Of a DNA stretch of 64,000 nt, positions 46,178-56,474 are shown in pieces; the stretch's first letter is position 1, and the number at the start of each line of letters is the position of its first letter. The position numbers were made by a program, and so were the translations under genes. Source of the stretch: an uncultured Pseudomonadota bacterium (GTDB lineage Bacteria; Babelota; Babeliae; Babelales; CAIQNR01); NCBI GenBank assembly GCA_964433415.1, contig CAYSQM010000001.1:11468-75467 (forward strand), read 5' to 3'. The notes beneath the pieces are model-generated. The model did not search any database, was not told the origin of the DNA, and saw nothing but the letters and a program-made list of their open reading frames with translations.

Positions 46178-48625
46178 ATGATTTATGATATTCAGGCCGT
46201 TGAAAAAAAATGGCAAAAACAATGGGAAAAAGAACCAGACGGTAAAGCACAAGCGATCGGTTCTGGTAAAAAATATTATTGTTTAGATATGTTCCCTTAT
46301 CCTTCTGGAGAAGGGCTGCATGTTGGTCATTGGCGTGGATATGTACTCTCTGATGTCTATACCCGTGCAAAATGGTTGGCAGGCTTTAATGTGCTTCATC
46401 CAATGGGGTGGGATGCATTTGGCTTGCCTGCAGAAAATGATGCGATTAAAAAAAAGATTCATCCAAAAATTGGTACTGCTAAAAATGTTGCAGTCTTTAA
46501 AGGTCAATTAAAAGAAGTTGGCGCTTTGTACGATTGGGAAAAGGAATTAGATACCACAGATCCTGAATATTATCGCTGGACACAATGGATATTTTTGCAA
46601 ATGTACAATGCCGGTCTTGCTTACGAATCTAATATGCCTATTAATTGGTGTGGGTCATGCAAAACAGGCTTGGCAAATGAAGAAGTGGTACAAGGTGCGT
46701 GTGACCGCTGTGGTGCACAGGTTACGCAGCGTCAAATTCGTCAGTGGGTATTAAAGATTACTGACTATGCAGAGAAATTACTTGAAGGCCTCGATCGTTT
46801 AGAGTGGCCAGAAAAAGTAAAGACTATGCAACGCAATTGGATTGGTAAGTCTGAAGGACTTATTTTTACGGCACCTGTTAAAGACATGGATCTTTCAATC
46901 CAAACATTTTCAGCACATTTTGAAGCGTGCTATGCTGATACTTTTGTGGCTATTGCACCAGATCATGAGCTTCTTAAAACGTTGGTAGAAGGGGTAAGTA
47001 ATAGAGATGAAATTCTTGAGTATGCTCAAAAAATAGTTGATAAACGTGCCACTTCTAAAGAAGATGATGGTGAGCCGGACGGTATTTTTACCGGACGTTA
47101 TATTGTAGACCCATTAGGTAATGGTGATTTGCCTATTTGGGTTGCAAGTTTTGCGTTAGCCAACTATGGGACAGGAATTGTAAAATGTTCAGCACATGAT
47201 GAACGTGATTTTGCATTTGCCAAAAAATATAATATTCCCTTAAAAGTTGTATTAGTGCCGGCAGATAAGCAACAGGCGCAAAAAGTAAAAGCATTAGAGG
47301 TTTGTTACATCGACATGCAAAATGGCATATTGCTTGAACCGACCCCATTTGCGGGAAAAGTTGCTGGTTTAGTGCGTCAAGAAATGATTGAATATTTAGA
47401 AAAAGGTGGCTTTGCGCAAAGAAAAACTTCTTACCGTTTGCGTGATTGGATTTTTAGCCGCCAACGTTATTGGGGGGAGCCCATACCATTAATTCATTGT
47501 GCCACTTGCGGTGTAGTGCCAGTTCCAGAAGATCAGTTGCCAATTAAACTTCCAGAAGTGGAAAATTATGAACCAACAGGCACTGGAGAATCACCACTTG
47601 CTGGTATAGATTCATGGGTTAATACAACGTGTCCCCGTTGCAATGGTACTGCAAAACGAGAAACTAATACTATGCCTCAATGGGCTGGTTCATGTTGGTA
47701 TTTCTTGCGTTACCCAATGGTCAATACACCAGAAGCGGATCAAACAGCATTTAGCAAAGAATCTATGAATTACTGGTTACCGGTAGATTTATATGTTGGT
47801 GGAATAGAACATGCTATTTTGCATTTATTGTACGCACGTTTTTATGTCAAAGTTTTATACGATTTAGGGCATTTATCTTTTGATGAACCGTTTAAGCAAT
47901 TGTTTAACCAGGGCATGGTCTGTAAGCGTTCAGAAAAAAGTGGTTTAGTAGAAAAGATGTCAAAGTCAAAAGGTAATGTGGTTAACCCAGATGAAATTGT
48001 GCGTAAGTATGGGTCGGACGTTTTGCGCATGTACATTTTATTTATGGGTCCACCAGAACTTGATTGTGAATGGCAAGATGCTGGTCTTGAAGGGATTAAA
48101 CGTTTTGCGCAAAAAATCTGGAACTATTTTAGTGATCCTGCAATGGTTGTTGATGATAGCAAAGAATCAGTTGAAACTACGGCACTGTTTCATAAGTTTT
48201 TAAAAGCGTATCAAGAACGGCTAGATGCCTTTAAACCGAACACGGCAATTTCTGCATGTATGGAATTTCTAAATGAGTTAACTGCACAAAAAATTGTGTT
48301 AAGTAAAACTACAGCAAAACAGTTTATTACCGTTTATTCTGCAATGGCGCCTCATATGGGGAGCGAGTTGTTGAAACTATTATTTGGTTTGAATTTACAT
48401 GATTGTGTGTGGCCTGTTTATAATCCAGCGCTTGTGGTGGAAAATCAGGTAACGCTGGTGGTGCAGATTAATGGTAAATTGCGTGCTTCGCTGGTGGTGC
48501 CTATTAATGCTACACAGGTTGAAATTGAGCCGCTTGCTTTAAAGTTAGCTGAAAAATGGCTTGCTGGTGCTACACCAAAGAAAATTATCTTTGTAGCAAA
48601 TCGTCTTATTAATATAGTCATTTAA
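46178..48625 (+). CDS. leuS: leucine--tRNA ligase
   Basis: 815 aa with HVGH (HIGH motif), KMSKSKGN, a Cys cluster CGSC..CDRC and a CP1 editing insertion. Confidence 0.95.
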   Translation: MIYDIQAVEKKWQKQWEKEPDGKAQAIGSGKKYYCLDMFPYPSGEGLHVGHWRGYVLSDVYTRAKWLAGFNVLHPMGWDAFGLPAENDAIKKKIHPKIGTAKNVAVFKGQLKEVGALYDWEKELDTTDPEYYRWTQWIFLQMYNAGLAYESNMPINWCGSCKTGLANEEVVQGACDRCGAQVTQRQIRQWVLKITDYAEKLLEGLDRLEWPEKVKTMQRNWIGKSEGLIFTAPVKDMDLSIQTFSAHFEACYADTFVAIAPDHELLKTLVEGVSNRDEILEYAQKIVDKRATSKEDDGEPDGIFTGRYIVDPLGNGDLPIWVASFALANYGTGIVKCSAHDERDFAFAKKYNIPLKVVLVPADKQQAQKVKALEVCYIDMQNGILLEPTPFAGKVAGLVRQEMIEYLEKGGFAQRKTSYRLRDWIFSRQRYWGEPIPLIHCATCGVVPVPEDQLPIKLPEVENYEPTGTGESPLAGIDSWVNTTCPRCNGTAKRETNTMPQWAGSCWYFLRYPMVNTPEADQTAFSKESMNYWLPVDLYVGGIEHAILHLLYARFYVKVLYDLGHLSFDEPFKQLFNQGMVCKRSEKSGLVEKMSKSKGNVVNPDEIVRKYGSDVLRMYILFMGPPELDCEWQDAGLEGIKRFAQKIWNYFSDPAMVVDDSKESVETTALFHKFLKAYQERLDAFKPNTAISACMEFLNELTAQKIVLSKTTAKQFITVYSAMAPHMGSELLKLLFGLNLHDCVWPVYNPALVVENQVTLVVQINGKLRASLVVPINATQVEIEPLALKLAEKWLAGATPKKIIFVANRLINIVI

Positions 48626-48663
48626 AAATGAGCTTATTCTAAATATAATCTTGACCTTGAAAC

Positions 48664-48874
48664 TTAATGTTGACCAATTGAAGTTATAACTTTCAATTGG
48701 TCAACATTATTCAAAGAGACTGCTTTAATTAATATAGATTCAAAAGAATTTTGATATTCTTTTATGTTTTGTTCTATTTGTCTAACACCTTGTGACTCTT
48801 TGTTCAGTGCTTAATAGAGTATTAGAAAAAAATGTCATTAAGAGCAAAGATAAAAATAATTTATTTATGTTCAT
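48664..48874 (-). pseudogene. frameshifted remnant of a secreted (possibly ankyrin-type) gene
   Basis: Strong RBS: GGAGG 7 nt before the ATG at 48874. It reads MNINKLFLSLLLMTFFSNTLLSTEQRVTRC then stop. The +1 frame continues ALNKESQGVRQIEQNIKEYQNSFESILIKAVSLNNVDQLKVITSIGQH and ends inside the palindrome. Confidence 0.35.
48666..48708. repeat. 43-bp near-perfect palindrome (17-bp arms around a palindromic 8-mer, one bulged T)
   Basis: aatgttgaccaattgaa-gttataac-t-ttcaattggtcaacatt, 41 nt downstream of the leuS stop. Confidence 0.85.
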
Positions 48875-49169
48875 AGTATAACCTCCGAAGTGTGAACTAA
48901 TTCAAAAGTTAAGTATGCTACGCAGCATGATTTAATTACTACTAGCGTGAATGAATCGTTTTTTTTCTAAAACGGTTTTTAATAGAGCTTGTTGGTAGTT
49001 TCAGGTAAAAAAGATGAGCCTATTTCTTTAAGTTTTACTGTTGAGTATTTTTGATCTTGCCATATTCATATACTTGCTGAAAGCGAAAGATTGCTAAAAT
49101 GATGAACTTTTCTGATTACCACAAAACTCAAAGAAATTGAGCAATAAAAAAGGGCTATTAAAAAGATTT

Positions 49170-49198
49170 TTGATGCTTTTGCGCAAAAGAGTTATGAT
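49170..49198 (+). promoter_or_regulatory. sigma70-like promoter with a 14-bp perfect palindrome in the spacer
   Basis: TTGATG (49170-49175), a 17-nt spacer, then TATGAT (49193-49198). The spacer contains cttttgcgcaaaag (49176-49189). Lies about 55 nt upstream of the trhO ATG. Confidence 0.4.
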
Positions 49199-49251
49199 AT
49201 CTCTAGGCTGTTTTTAGCTAGTTTTTTAAGTTTTTATCAGGGAATAATGAA

Positions 49252-50220
49252 ATGGGAAGAATTTTACTCTTTTATAAGTATGTGTCAGTGGAAGATCCGG
49301 TAGCTATTCAAACATGGCAATTAAGGTTATGTAAACGTTTGGGCTTAACAGGGCGCGTAATCATAGCAACTGAAGGTATCAACGGAACGCTCGGTGGTAC
49401 CATGGAAGCGACAGAAGCTTATAAAGAGGCGATGGCGGAACATCCATTATTTGGAGAAATCGATTTCAAACAAGCTCCTGGGGACGCATCATTTTTCCCG
49501 CGTACTCGTATTATGATCAGAAAAGAGATTGTTGCTCTTGGTATTGATCCTGAACTACTTACGGTTAAAGATGGCGGCAAACATTTGACTCCAGAAGAGA
49601 CTCATGCTCTTTTAAATAATCCGCCTGCAGATTTGGTTATTTTAGATACGCGTAATAATTATGAATCTCGTATTGGTACTTTTAGAAATTCAATTATCCC
49701 TGATATTGATACATTTAGAGAATTCCCTGAATTTATTGATGAAACGCTTGATCTCTATAAAGATAAAACTGTTTTGATGCATTGTACTGGTGGGGTACGT
49801 TGTGAACGCGCAACTGCTTACTTACAACAAAAGGGTGTTGCAAAAGAGATTTATCAAATTCAAGGTGGCATTCAACGTTATATAGAAAAATACCCAGAAG
49901 GACATTTTAGAGGTTCAAACTATGTGTTTGATGGCCGTGTTTCTGAACGCATTAATGATGACATTTTAAGTGAATGTGATTTGTGTGCTATTCCTTGTGA
50001 TGAATATAATAATTGTATGAATGCACTTTGTAATAAACAATATTTGGCATGTGCAGATTGTGTGATCGGGTTTAAAGAGTGTTGTAGTAAAGCATGTCTT
50101 GAATTGTTAGAACAAGGGTTAGTAAAACGTCGTCCAGCGCAAAAGAAAATTCCAGCGCTTGGTCTTTCTTATCATAAAAGTTGTTCTTTAAAAGATGACT
50201 TTGAAAGTTCTGCTGAATGA
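49252..50220 (+). CDS. trhO: rhodanese-domain tRNA uridine(34) hydroxylase (TrhO/YceA family)
   Basis: N-terminal ILLFYKYVSVEDP...GRVIIATEGINGTLGG, rhodanese loop CTGGVRCE and a C-terminal Cys-rich tail. Confidence 0.8.
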   Translation: MGRILLFYKYVSVEDPVAIQTWQLRLCKRLGLTGRVIIATEGINGTLGGTMEATEAYKEAMAEHPLFGEIDFKQAPGDASFFPRTRIMIRKEIVALGIDPELLTVKDGGKHLTPEETHALLNNPPADLVILDTRNNYESRIGTFRNSIIPDIDTFREFPEFIDETLDLYKDKTVLMHCTGGVRCERATAYLQQKGVAKEIYQIQGGIQRYIEKYPEGHFRGSNYVFDGRVSERINDDILSECDLCAIPCDEYNNCMNALCNKQYLACADCVIGFKECCSKACLELLEQGLVKRRPAQKKIPALGLSYHKSCSLKDDFESSAE

Positions 50221-51164
50221 TTATTTTAGAAAATATTTCACTTGCTGATAAAAATTGGTTTTTAACGGGTGGTGATGCGCGTTATTTTTGTGAACCAACA
50301 AATGTTGCTGAATTTCAAGAAGCATTACGTTTTGCTGCAGATAATAGATTAGAAATTTTTGTACTTGGTCAAGGTGCTAATGTTTTAATAAGCGATGATG
50401 GTTTTGATGGGCTTGTTATTCGTCCTCAAACAATATATTTAATAGAACCAAAAATAGAACAGGAAACAGATCAAACAGCATTGGTGACTGCATCAGCTGG
50501 TTGCACCATTAATGATCTTATTGAGTTTTGTTTAGCCCATAATTTAAGTGGTCTTGAAGAATTTAGTGGAATTCCTGGTACGGTAGGCGGCTCTGTTTTT
50601 ATTAATTTACATTATTTTCAGTTTTTCTTGAGTCATTTTTTAGTGAGTGCACAGGTTATAGAACATGTGACTGGCGAAGTCAAAATGGTCGATCTTGATT
50701 GGTTTCACTTTGGCTACGATGAATCCCGTTTAATGAAGCGTGATTATTATTTAGTAAGTGCAACGTTTCGTGTTAAGAGAGTCTCTGATATTGAAACTGC
50801 TTATGCTCAAGGGCGTCGTGTTGAAATTATTCGTCATCGCAATTCTCGTTATCCTTCTGTAAGAACCTGTGGAAGTTTTTTTAGAAACTTTCATGATGAT
50901 GAAGTGACCATTATAAGTAATGGAAAAAAAATGATTTATGTTGCTTATTACCTTGATAAAATTGGGGTTAAAGGACAACTTGCAGTGGGTGATGCGGTAG
51001 TTTCTTATCAGCATGCAAATATGTTGGTCAATAGCGATAAAGCAACATCATCAGATATCATTCAGTTAGTGCGTACTATGCAACAGATGGTCAAAGATGT
51101 TTATGGCATTACGCCGCAGCCTGAATGTTTATTAATAGGTTTTAAACAATATCCATTATTGTAA
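50217..51164 (+). CDS. murB: UDP-N-acetylenolpyruvoylglucosamine reductase
   Basis: FAD-binding N-terminus (GGDARYFCEP, FVLGQGANVLISDDGFDGLVI), GIPGTVGG and a GSFFRN substrate loop. Overlaps trhO by ATGA. Confidence 0.88.
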   Translation: MIILENISLADKNWFLTGGDARYFCEPTNVAEFQEALRFAADNRLEIFVLGQGANVLISDDGFDGLVIRPQTIYLIEPKIEQETDQTALVTASAGCTINDLIEFCLAHNLSGLEEFSGIPGTVGGSVFINLHYFQFFLSHFLVSAQVIEHVTGEVKMVDLDWFHFGYDESRLMKRDYYLVSATFRVKRVSDIETAYAQGRRVEIIRHRNSRYPSVRTCGSFFRNFHDDEVTIISNGKKMIYVAYYLDKIGVKGQLAVGDAVVSYQHANMLVNSDKATSSDIIQLVRTMQQMVKDVYGITPQPECLLIGFKQYPLL

Positions 51165-51165
51165 A

Positions 51166-52182
51166 TTATTTATGACCGTCTGGCGTGCCGCTTTCTAATA
51201 AATGTAAGATTGATTGATCAAAATCAGCGATCGATTTTGCATAATCTAATGCTGATTTATTAAAAGTATCACGCAATGTTAAATTTCTAGTAAACAGACG
51301 TAAAGACATACCATAACGGCCACGTTCTAGTTTTACTGGTTCTGGGGCATGCCATAATAATTGGGTGATGATTGGATAATTTTTTGCAATAACTGCATCT
51401 ATAATAGGTGTTCTTTGTTGTGCGCCGCGGGCATTTATTTCTGCTCCCATAGAGAGTGCTCGAATGCATGCTACTTCTTCTTGAGATGTTTGTGCTGCAG
51501 TAGTTGTAACCGGTTTTTTTGGAATGACAAAATTTGGTTTAGGTTTTTGTTTAGCAGATAAAAGAGCAAGTTGTTTTAAATCAACTACAGGTTTTATAGC
51601 TAATTTTTTCATTTTTTCAGCAAGCATTAAAATTGGCGAAAGCTCATTTTTTGCTATGATATTTAAAAAGCTATTTCCAAGATGATTTTTATAATTTATT
51701 TCTGCGCCTTTTTCTTGCAGTATCTGAGCAATTCTATTGTACCCAAGGATAAGTGCTAGAAATAAAGGAGTTAATCCATTTTGATCTTCTATATCAAGTG
51801 AAACAATTTCCGCAGTAGCTTTTGGTTTTTGTCCTAAAAAAACACCAATTCTTCCAAAAACAGCTTCTCGAGTTGCTGCTTTAGTTTGTTCAGCAATAAA
51901 GTCGGTTATACGGTCAACCATTAAGATAGTTTCTTGTGTATCTTTTTCATCAGAATGTTGTAATAAATAATTATGCAAAGGAGTTTCTCCTGAATCATCA
52001 AGAGCAAGAGGATTAGCGCCAGCTTTTAGAGCTTCAATTGCTTGGGCAGCATTATTTTTAGCCAAGGCCGCGATTAAATGATCTTGTGCTCTTGCATCAA
52101 CATTAGAGCATAAAGCTTCTTTTGAGCTTATCATAAGGCTCATAAAGAAAAATATAACGATACTGATTTTACGAGTGTTCAT
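51166..52182 (-). CDS. secreted ankyrin-repeat protein
   Basis: GGAG lies 8 nt before the ATG at 52182. Signal peptide MNTRKISIVIFFFMSLMISS. ANK units: GETPLHNYLLQH, GLTPLFLALILGYNRIAQILQEKGAEIN, RTPIIDAVIAKNYPIITQLL. Confidence 0.8.
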   Translation of the reverse strand: MNTRKISIVIFFFMSLMISSKEALCSNVDARAQDHLIAALAKNNAAQAIEALKAGANPLALDDSGETPLHNYLLQHSDEKDTQETILMVDRITDFIAEQTKAATREAVFGRIGVFLGQKPKATAEIVSLDIEDQNGLTPLFLALILGYNRIAQILQEKGAEINYKNHLGNSFLNIIAKNELSPILMLAEKMKKLAIKPVVDLKQLALLSAKQKPKPNFVIPKKPVTTTAAQTSQEEVACIRALSMGAEINARGAQQRTPIIDAVIAKNYPIITQLLWHAPEPVKLERGRYGMSLRLFTRNLTLRDTFNKSALDYAKSIADFDQSILHLLESGTPDGHK

Positions 52183-52444
52183 TTTAAACTCCATTTATTA
52201 TTTTATGTTTATTCATATGAATAATCTCTTAATCATACATATTAAATTTAAACAAATTTACCCATTAAATACTATAAAAAGCTGCATCACTGCTTATTTT
52301 TTGTAAGGTTACTCTTATCACTTTTAAACTCTAGAAGGGAGTTTTTTAGGAAATTGAAGATTTTATTGTTTTAAATTATGCTGTGAATCTTAGAAAGAGG
52401 GGATATACATTAAAAATAGCATAATATAGAAAAAGGGTATAAGC

Positions 52445-54808
52445 ATGAAACTTTCGCTACGGTGGATTTTTGACCATCTTAATACCAATTGGAAAGACTA
52501 CCCAGTTGCTGATATTGTATCAAAATTTAATATGAGTGTTGCCGAAATTGAGCATGTAGAAAAAATTGAACTTAATCTTGATAGTTATGCGTTAGTTACT
52601 GTGCTTACTATTGGCCAAGAAACTATCGAAATTAAGTGCCCTGAATGGCAGATAACTGAGCAGATGCCTTTGCGTACAGATGCGGTAAAAGGTGGGGTTT
52701 ATGTTATTAAAAAAAATAATAATAAGTATGCATGGGCTACTTTAGCTGATTGGCATAGTAATACTCGCGAAGGATTAATCCCCGCTGTACATTGTCCAAC
52801 TAATGAATTATTAAATGGTGAGTGGAAAAAAGATTTTGAATCTGAAGATTATGTGATTGATGTTGACAATAAATCAATAACAAACCGTCCAGATTTATGG
52901 GGGCATCGTGGTATTGCACGTGAAATTGCAGCACTTTATGATCTTGAATTAAAATCTGAAAAAGAACTTTTTGCTTCTCTACCTGTAGTTAAAGTTGCAA
53001 TTCAAGACACCCAAAAAATGGAACATTTTAAAGCAAGCCAACATACGCCAGCTTCAGTAAATCTTAGTACGCATAACTGCTCACGTGTTTCAATAAGTGC
53101 CATAACTTCTATTGAATTTCAGGCATCTTCATTATGGATGGCAGCGCGTTTAGCGCGCATTGATTCACGGCCAATAAATTTTTTAGTTGATGCTACTAAT
53201 TATGTGATGTTTGATATTGGGCAGCCGATGCATGCATTTGATGCAGCACATTTTAAAACGAACATTTTAGAGGTACGCATGGCGCATCAGGGTGAAAAAT
53301 TGGTTTCCCTTGATGGGGTTGATCTTGAACTTACTGATCAAGATTTGGTTATTACTGATGGTAAAACTCCCGCATCACTTGCAGGTATTAAGGGAGGTAT
53401 TGCATCAGGTGTCTCACATGATACAAATTCCCTTATTGTTGAAGCAGCCTGTTTTGATCCAGGGATAATTCGTTTGAGTGCTGCGCGTCATAAATTGCGC
53501 ACTGAAGCTTCTACTCGTTTTGAAAAAACATTAGATCCACAACAAACTATTAATGCACTTTTACGTTATGTACATTTATTACAGCAAGAAAAAATAGCTT
53601 TTAAAGGAGCTCTTGAGCTGATATCAGTTGGTGAATTTCTTGATCCAATTGTTATTACAATAAAGCATGAGTTTATTGAATCTCGTCTTGGTATTAATAT
53701 AGCGCAAGAAGTAATCGTAAAATTATTACAAAGTATTGCCTGTGAAGTTTATGTTGAAACAATAAATACTCAAAATGAGTTATTATATCATGTAACAGTT
53801 CCTTCATTTAGAAGTAGCAAAGATATTAAAATTCAAGAAGACCTTGTTGAAGAAATAGGCCGTTTGTATGGGTATAATAAGATTCCTGCATTATTGCCAT
53901 TAATGTCTTTAAAGCCCTTAGTGCAGGAAGAAGAAAATCGCGTTTTATTAATAAAAAAATATTTATCATCAGGTATTGTAGCAATGCAAGAAGTTCAGCA
54001 GTATGCATTGTTTGATAATGATTTTATGCAAAAAATAGGTTGGCCGGTAGTTAATGGTTTAAAATTGCGTAATCCATTAACTGTGCAGTCTGATACGATG
54101 GTTACTTCTTTGGTGCCAAATCTTTTAAAAACTGTTCAGCAAAATGCTCCTAATGCATCAGAATTACGTTTTTTTGAAGTTGCTAAAATTTTTCATAAGG
54201 ATGGTCAAAAAGTAAAAGAAAGAAATTCTTTGGCAGGAATATTTTTTAAAAAATCTAGTCTTGATTTTTATTACTATAAAACTTATTTAGAAGGTCTATT
54301 TGATGCACTTGGCATTATTGTCACCTGGAAAAAAAGTGATAAGAATTTGCCATGGGCAAGTAAATATCAGACAGCTGATTTACATGTAGGCTCTGATTAT
54401 TTAGGTTCTGCTGGTGTTGCATCATTGCATCTTATGGCACAGCTAACTCAAGGTAGTGCCTTTGTTTTTGAATGTGACGGAGATCTATTATTATCTTATA
54501 AGGTGAAAGATGCTCTATTTAAAGAATTGCCATTGTATCAAGCAACACATCTTGATATAAGTGTAATGGTGCCAGTAAGCGTCACCGTTTCTGAACTTAT
54601 AAAAGCTATAAGTTCAGCTGATATACGTATTTTTGAAGTAGAGTTTGTTGATCAATTTCAAAAGCCTGAGTGGCTTTCAGAAAAATCGATTACCATGCGG
54701 TTTGGCTTGCGTGATGAACATAAATCACTTTCTAAAGAAGATATTGATGCAGGATTTATTGCAGTTACTCAAGCATTAAAAACTGTTGATGCTCAGGTGC
54801 GTTCATGA
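52445..54808 (+). CDS. pheT: phenylalanine--tRNA ligase beta subunit
   Basis: 787 aa. B3/4 region (ITNRPDLWGHRGIAREIA), B5 domain, and a C-terminal FDX-ACB-like domain. No pheS adjacent. Confidence 0.9.
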   Translation: MKLSLRWIFDHLNTNWKDYPVADIVSKFNMSVAEIEHVEKIELNLDSYALVTVLTIGQETIEIKCPEWQITEQMPLRTDAVKGGVYVIKKNNNKYAWATLADWHSNTREGLIPAVHCPTNELLNGEWKKDFESEDYVIDVDNKSITNRPDLWGHRGIAREIAALYDLELKSEKELFASLPVVKVAIQDTQKMEHFKASQHTPASVNLSTHNCSRVSISAITSIEFQASSLWMAARLARIDSRPINFLVDATNYVMFDIGQPMHAFDAAHFKTNILEVRMAHQGEKLVSLDGVDLELTDQDLVITDGKTPASLAGIKGGIASGVSHDTNSLIVEAACFDPGIIRLSAARHKLRTEASTRFEKTLDPQQTINALLRYVHLLQQEKIAFKGALELISVGEFLDPIVITIKHEFIESRLGINIAQEVIVKLLQSIACEVYVETINTQNELLYHVTVPSFRSSKDIKIQEDLVEEIGRLYGYNKIPALLPLMSLKPLVQEEENRVLLIKKYLSSGIVAMQEVQQYALFDNDFMQKIGWPVVNGLKLRNPLTVQSDTMVTSLVPNLLKTVQQNAPNASELRFFEVAKIFHKDGQKVKERNSLAGIFFKKSSLDFYYYKTYLEGLFDALGIIVTWKKSDKNLPWASKYQTADLHVGSDYLGSAGVASLHLMAQLTQGSAFVFECDGDLLLSYKVKDALFKELPLYQATHLDISVMVPVSVTVSELIKAISSADIRIFEVEFVDQFQKPEWLSEKSITMRFGLRDEHKSLSKEDIDAGFIAVTQALKTVDAQVRS

Positions 54809-55272
54809 GAAATTATAGACCGTGGTATGTTGACCACTTATTTTGGGGAATTTTTTTTATTGATATGGTTGCCAAACAAGCTGTGCTTTCTTTTTGTACT
54901 GTGCCGGTAGTGATTATTAAAAATATTTTAGTTTTCACTATAAGTTTTAATCGTGGAATTTCTTTGGCTTTTTTTCATAGCAATAATCAGTGGGTATTTT
55001 ATGCAGTTTCATTGATGGTATTTGGGGTTTTATGTTTTTTAGCAAAATATACTCTTGACCGTCAAAAAGAAGGTAAAGATATTTTTGGAGAATTATTGGT
55101 GTTGGCCGGCGGATTTGCAAATTTTACTGACAGAATTCATTCAGGTGGTGTGATAGATTTTATTCAACTTTCGTATCGAAACTATTATTTTCCTGTGTTT
55201 AATTTAGCTGATGTTGCTATTACTTTAGGGGCTTGCATTATTGGTTATTCTTTATTGCAAGGTGATGACTAG
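54805..55272 (+). CDS. lspA: lipoprotein signal peptidase (signal peptidase II)
   Basis: 4 TM helices. GGFANFTDRI and FNLADVAITLGA motifs carry the catalytic Asp residues. Confidence 0.88.
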   Translation: MRNYRPWYVDHLFWGIFFIDMVAKQAVLSFCTVPVVIIKNILVFTISFNRGISLAFFHSNNQWVFYAVSLMVFGVLCFLAKYTLDRQKEGKDIFGELLVLAGGFANFTDRIHSGGVIDFIQLSYRNYYFPVFNLADVAITLGACIIGYSLLQGDD

Positions 55273-55721
55273 TGAGTAATAGTATTTTATCAAAAATTAT
55301 TACTTTAGGCCCTATTGGGTATTGGCCTGCTTCAGGCACCTGGGCAAGCTTTTGTACACTTATTATTATAGGATTACTTGATCTTGGGCATTTATCTTAT
55401 GCTGTAACTATATTTATAGCAGTACAAGGTATTTTTGCTGCGCTGTCTGCTTTGCCAGTTGATTTGCTCAAGAGTGACGCAGCTGAAATAGTGGTTGATG
55501 AAGTAGCTGGTATGTGTATGACCTTTATTTTTATAGTGTTGTCACCAGCAAGATTGCTTATTGGATTTTTAATATTTAGATTTTTTGATATTACTAAATG
55601 GTTTGGAATTAGATATTTAGAACGAATTTCAGGAGCGTACGGTGTTTTAGCCGATGATATTATAGCAGGATTATTAAGTAATATAATTTTGCAGGGGTTG
55701 ATTTTTTATGGAATTATATAA
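55272..55721 (+). CDS. pgpA: phosphatidylglycerophosphatase A
   Basis: GTG start overlapping the lspA stop (TAGTG). Motifs GTWAS, VVDEVAGM, FRFFDITKW and VLADDIIAG. Confidence 0.82.
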   Translation: MSNSILSKIITLGPIGYWPASGTWASFCTLIIIGLLDLGHLSYAVTIFIAVQGIFAALSALPVDLLKSDAAEIVVDEVAGMCMTFIFIVLSPARLLIGFLIFRFFDITKWFGIRYLERISGAYGVLADDIIAGLLSNIILQGLIFYGII

Positions 55722-56388
55722 AAAATTGTCTTGGTGCTTTCCAATTTTAGTAAAGTTTGTAAAACAGGTTATAACGCCATCGTTTTGTGTTCAGTGTGCT
55801 TACTATTTAAATGATCCAGATCAATTTTTTTGTAGAGCATGTTTAGATTTAATAAAGCCTTTATCAACTATAATGCTTAAAATAACTGATGCTTATGATG
55901 TAGTAGTCTATGCGGTGACGGATTATAAAGATCCTTTACGTTCATTAATTTTGGCAAAACATAATAGGCAACGATTGGCTGCTCATTATCTAGGTCAACT
56001 ATTATGGGAAAAAACTGATTTGCATTATGCAGATTTTGATTATATTGTACCAGTTCCGTTGCATTGGAGCCGTTATGCATGGCGTTGGTTTAATCAGTCA
56101 GATACTATTGCGCAATTTATTTCTGAAAAAAGTGGAAAACCGGTTATTCATTTAGTAGAGCGTGTAATGAAAACATCATCACAAGCAGGCCTTACGCGTT
56201 TTGAGCGAATAAAAAATGTACAGCAAGCATTTGTTCTTTCAGGCGATGCACAGAGGTATGTTGGTGCTAAATTATTATTCATTGATGATGTGATGACAAC
56301 AGGTACAACTATTCAGGCTGTTATTAAAAAAACTCTCATTCTTAAGCCAAAAGCTATCATTATAGCAGTTCCTTGTAGAGTGGTTTAA
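55708..56388 (+). CDS. comF: ComF family phosphoribosyltransferase-fold protein
   Basis: N-terminal CxxC...CxxC zinc ribbon (CVQCAYY, CRACLD) and PRTase motif LLFIDDVMTTGTT. Confidence 0.7.
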   Translation: MELYKKLSWCFPILVKFVKQVITPSFCVQCAYYLNDPDQFFCRACLDLIKPLSTIMLKITDAYDVVVYAVTDYKDPLRSLILAKHNRQRLAAHYLGQLLWEKTDLHYADFDYIVPVPLHWSRYAWRWFNQSDTIAQFISEKSGKPVIHLVERVMKTSSQAGLTRFERIKNVQQAFVLSGDAQRYVGAKLLFIDDVMTTGTTIQAVIKKTLILKPKAIIIAVPCRVV

Positions 56389-56474
56389 TAGAATTTCACA
56401 ACTTATTTTTTCTATGGTACAGTGTACCCTGTTTCTTAAAAGTGGTACCGTTGGTTTAGTATAAAGGAGTTCTG

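Noticed and set aside
52209-52224. 16-bp perfect palindrome ttattcatatgaataa upstream of the ankyrin gene
   Set aside because: It is made purely of A/T plus one C/G pair, in AT-rich DNA, so it is plausibly a chance occurrence. It is noted but not promoted to a finding.
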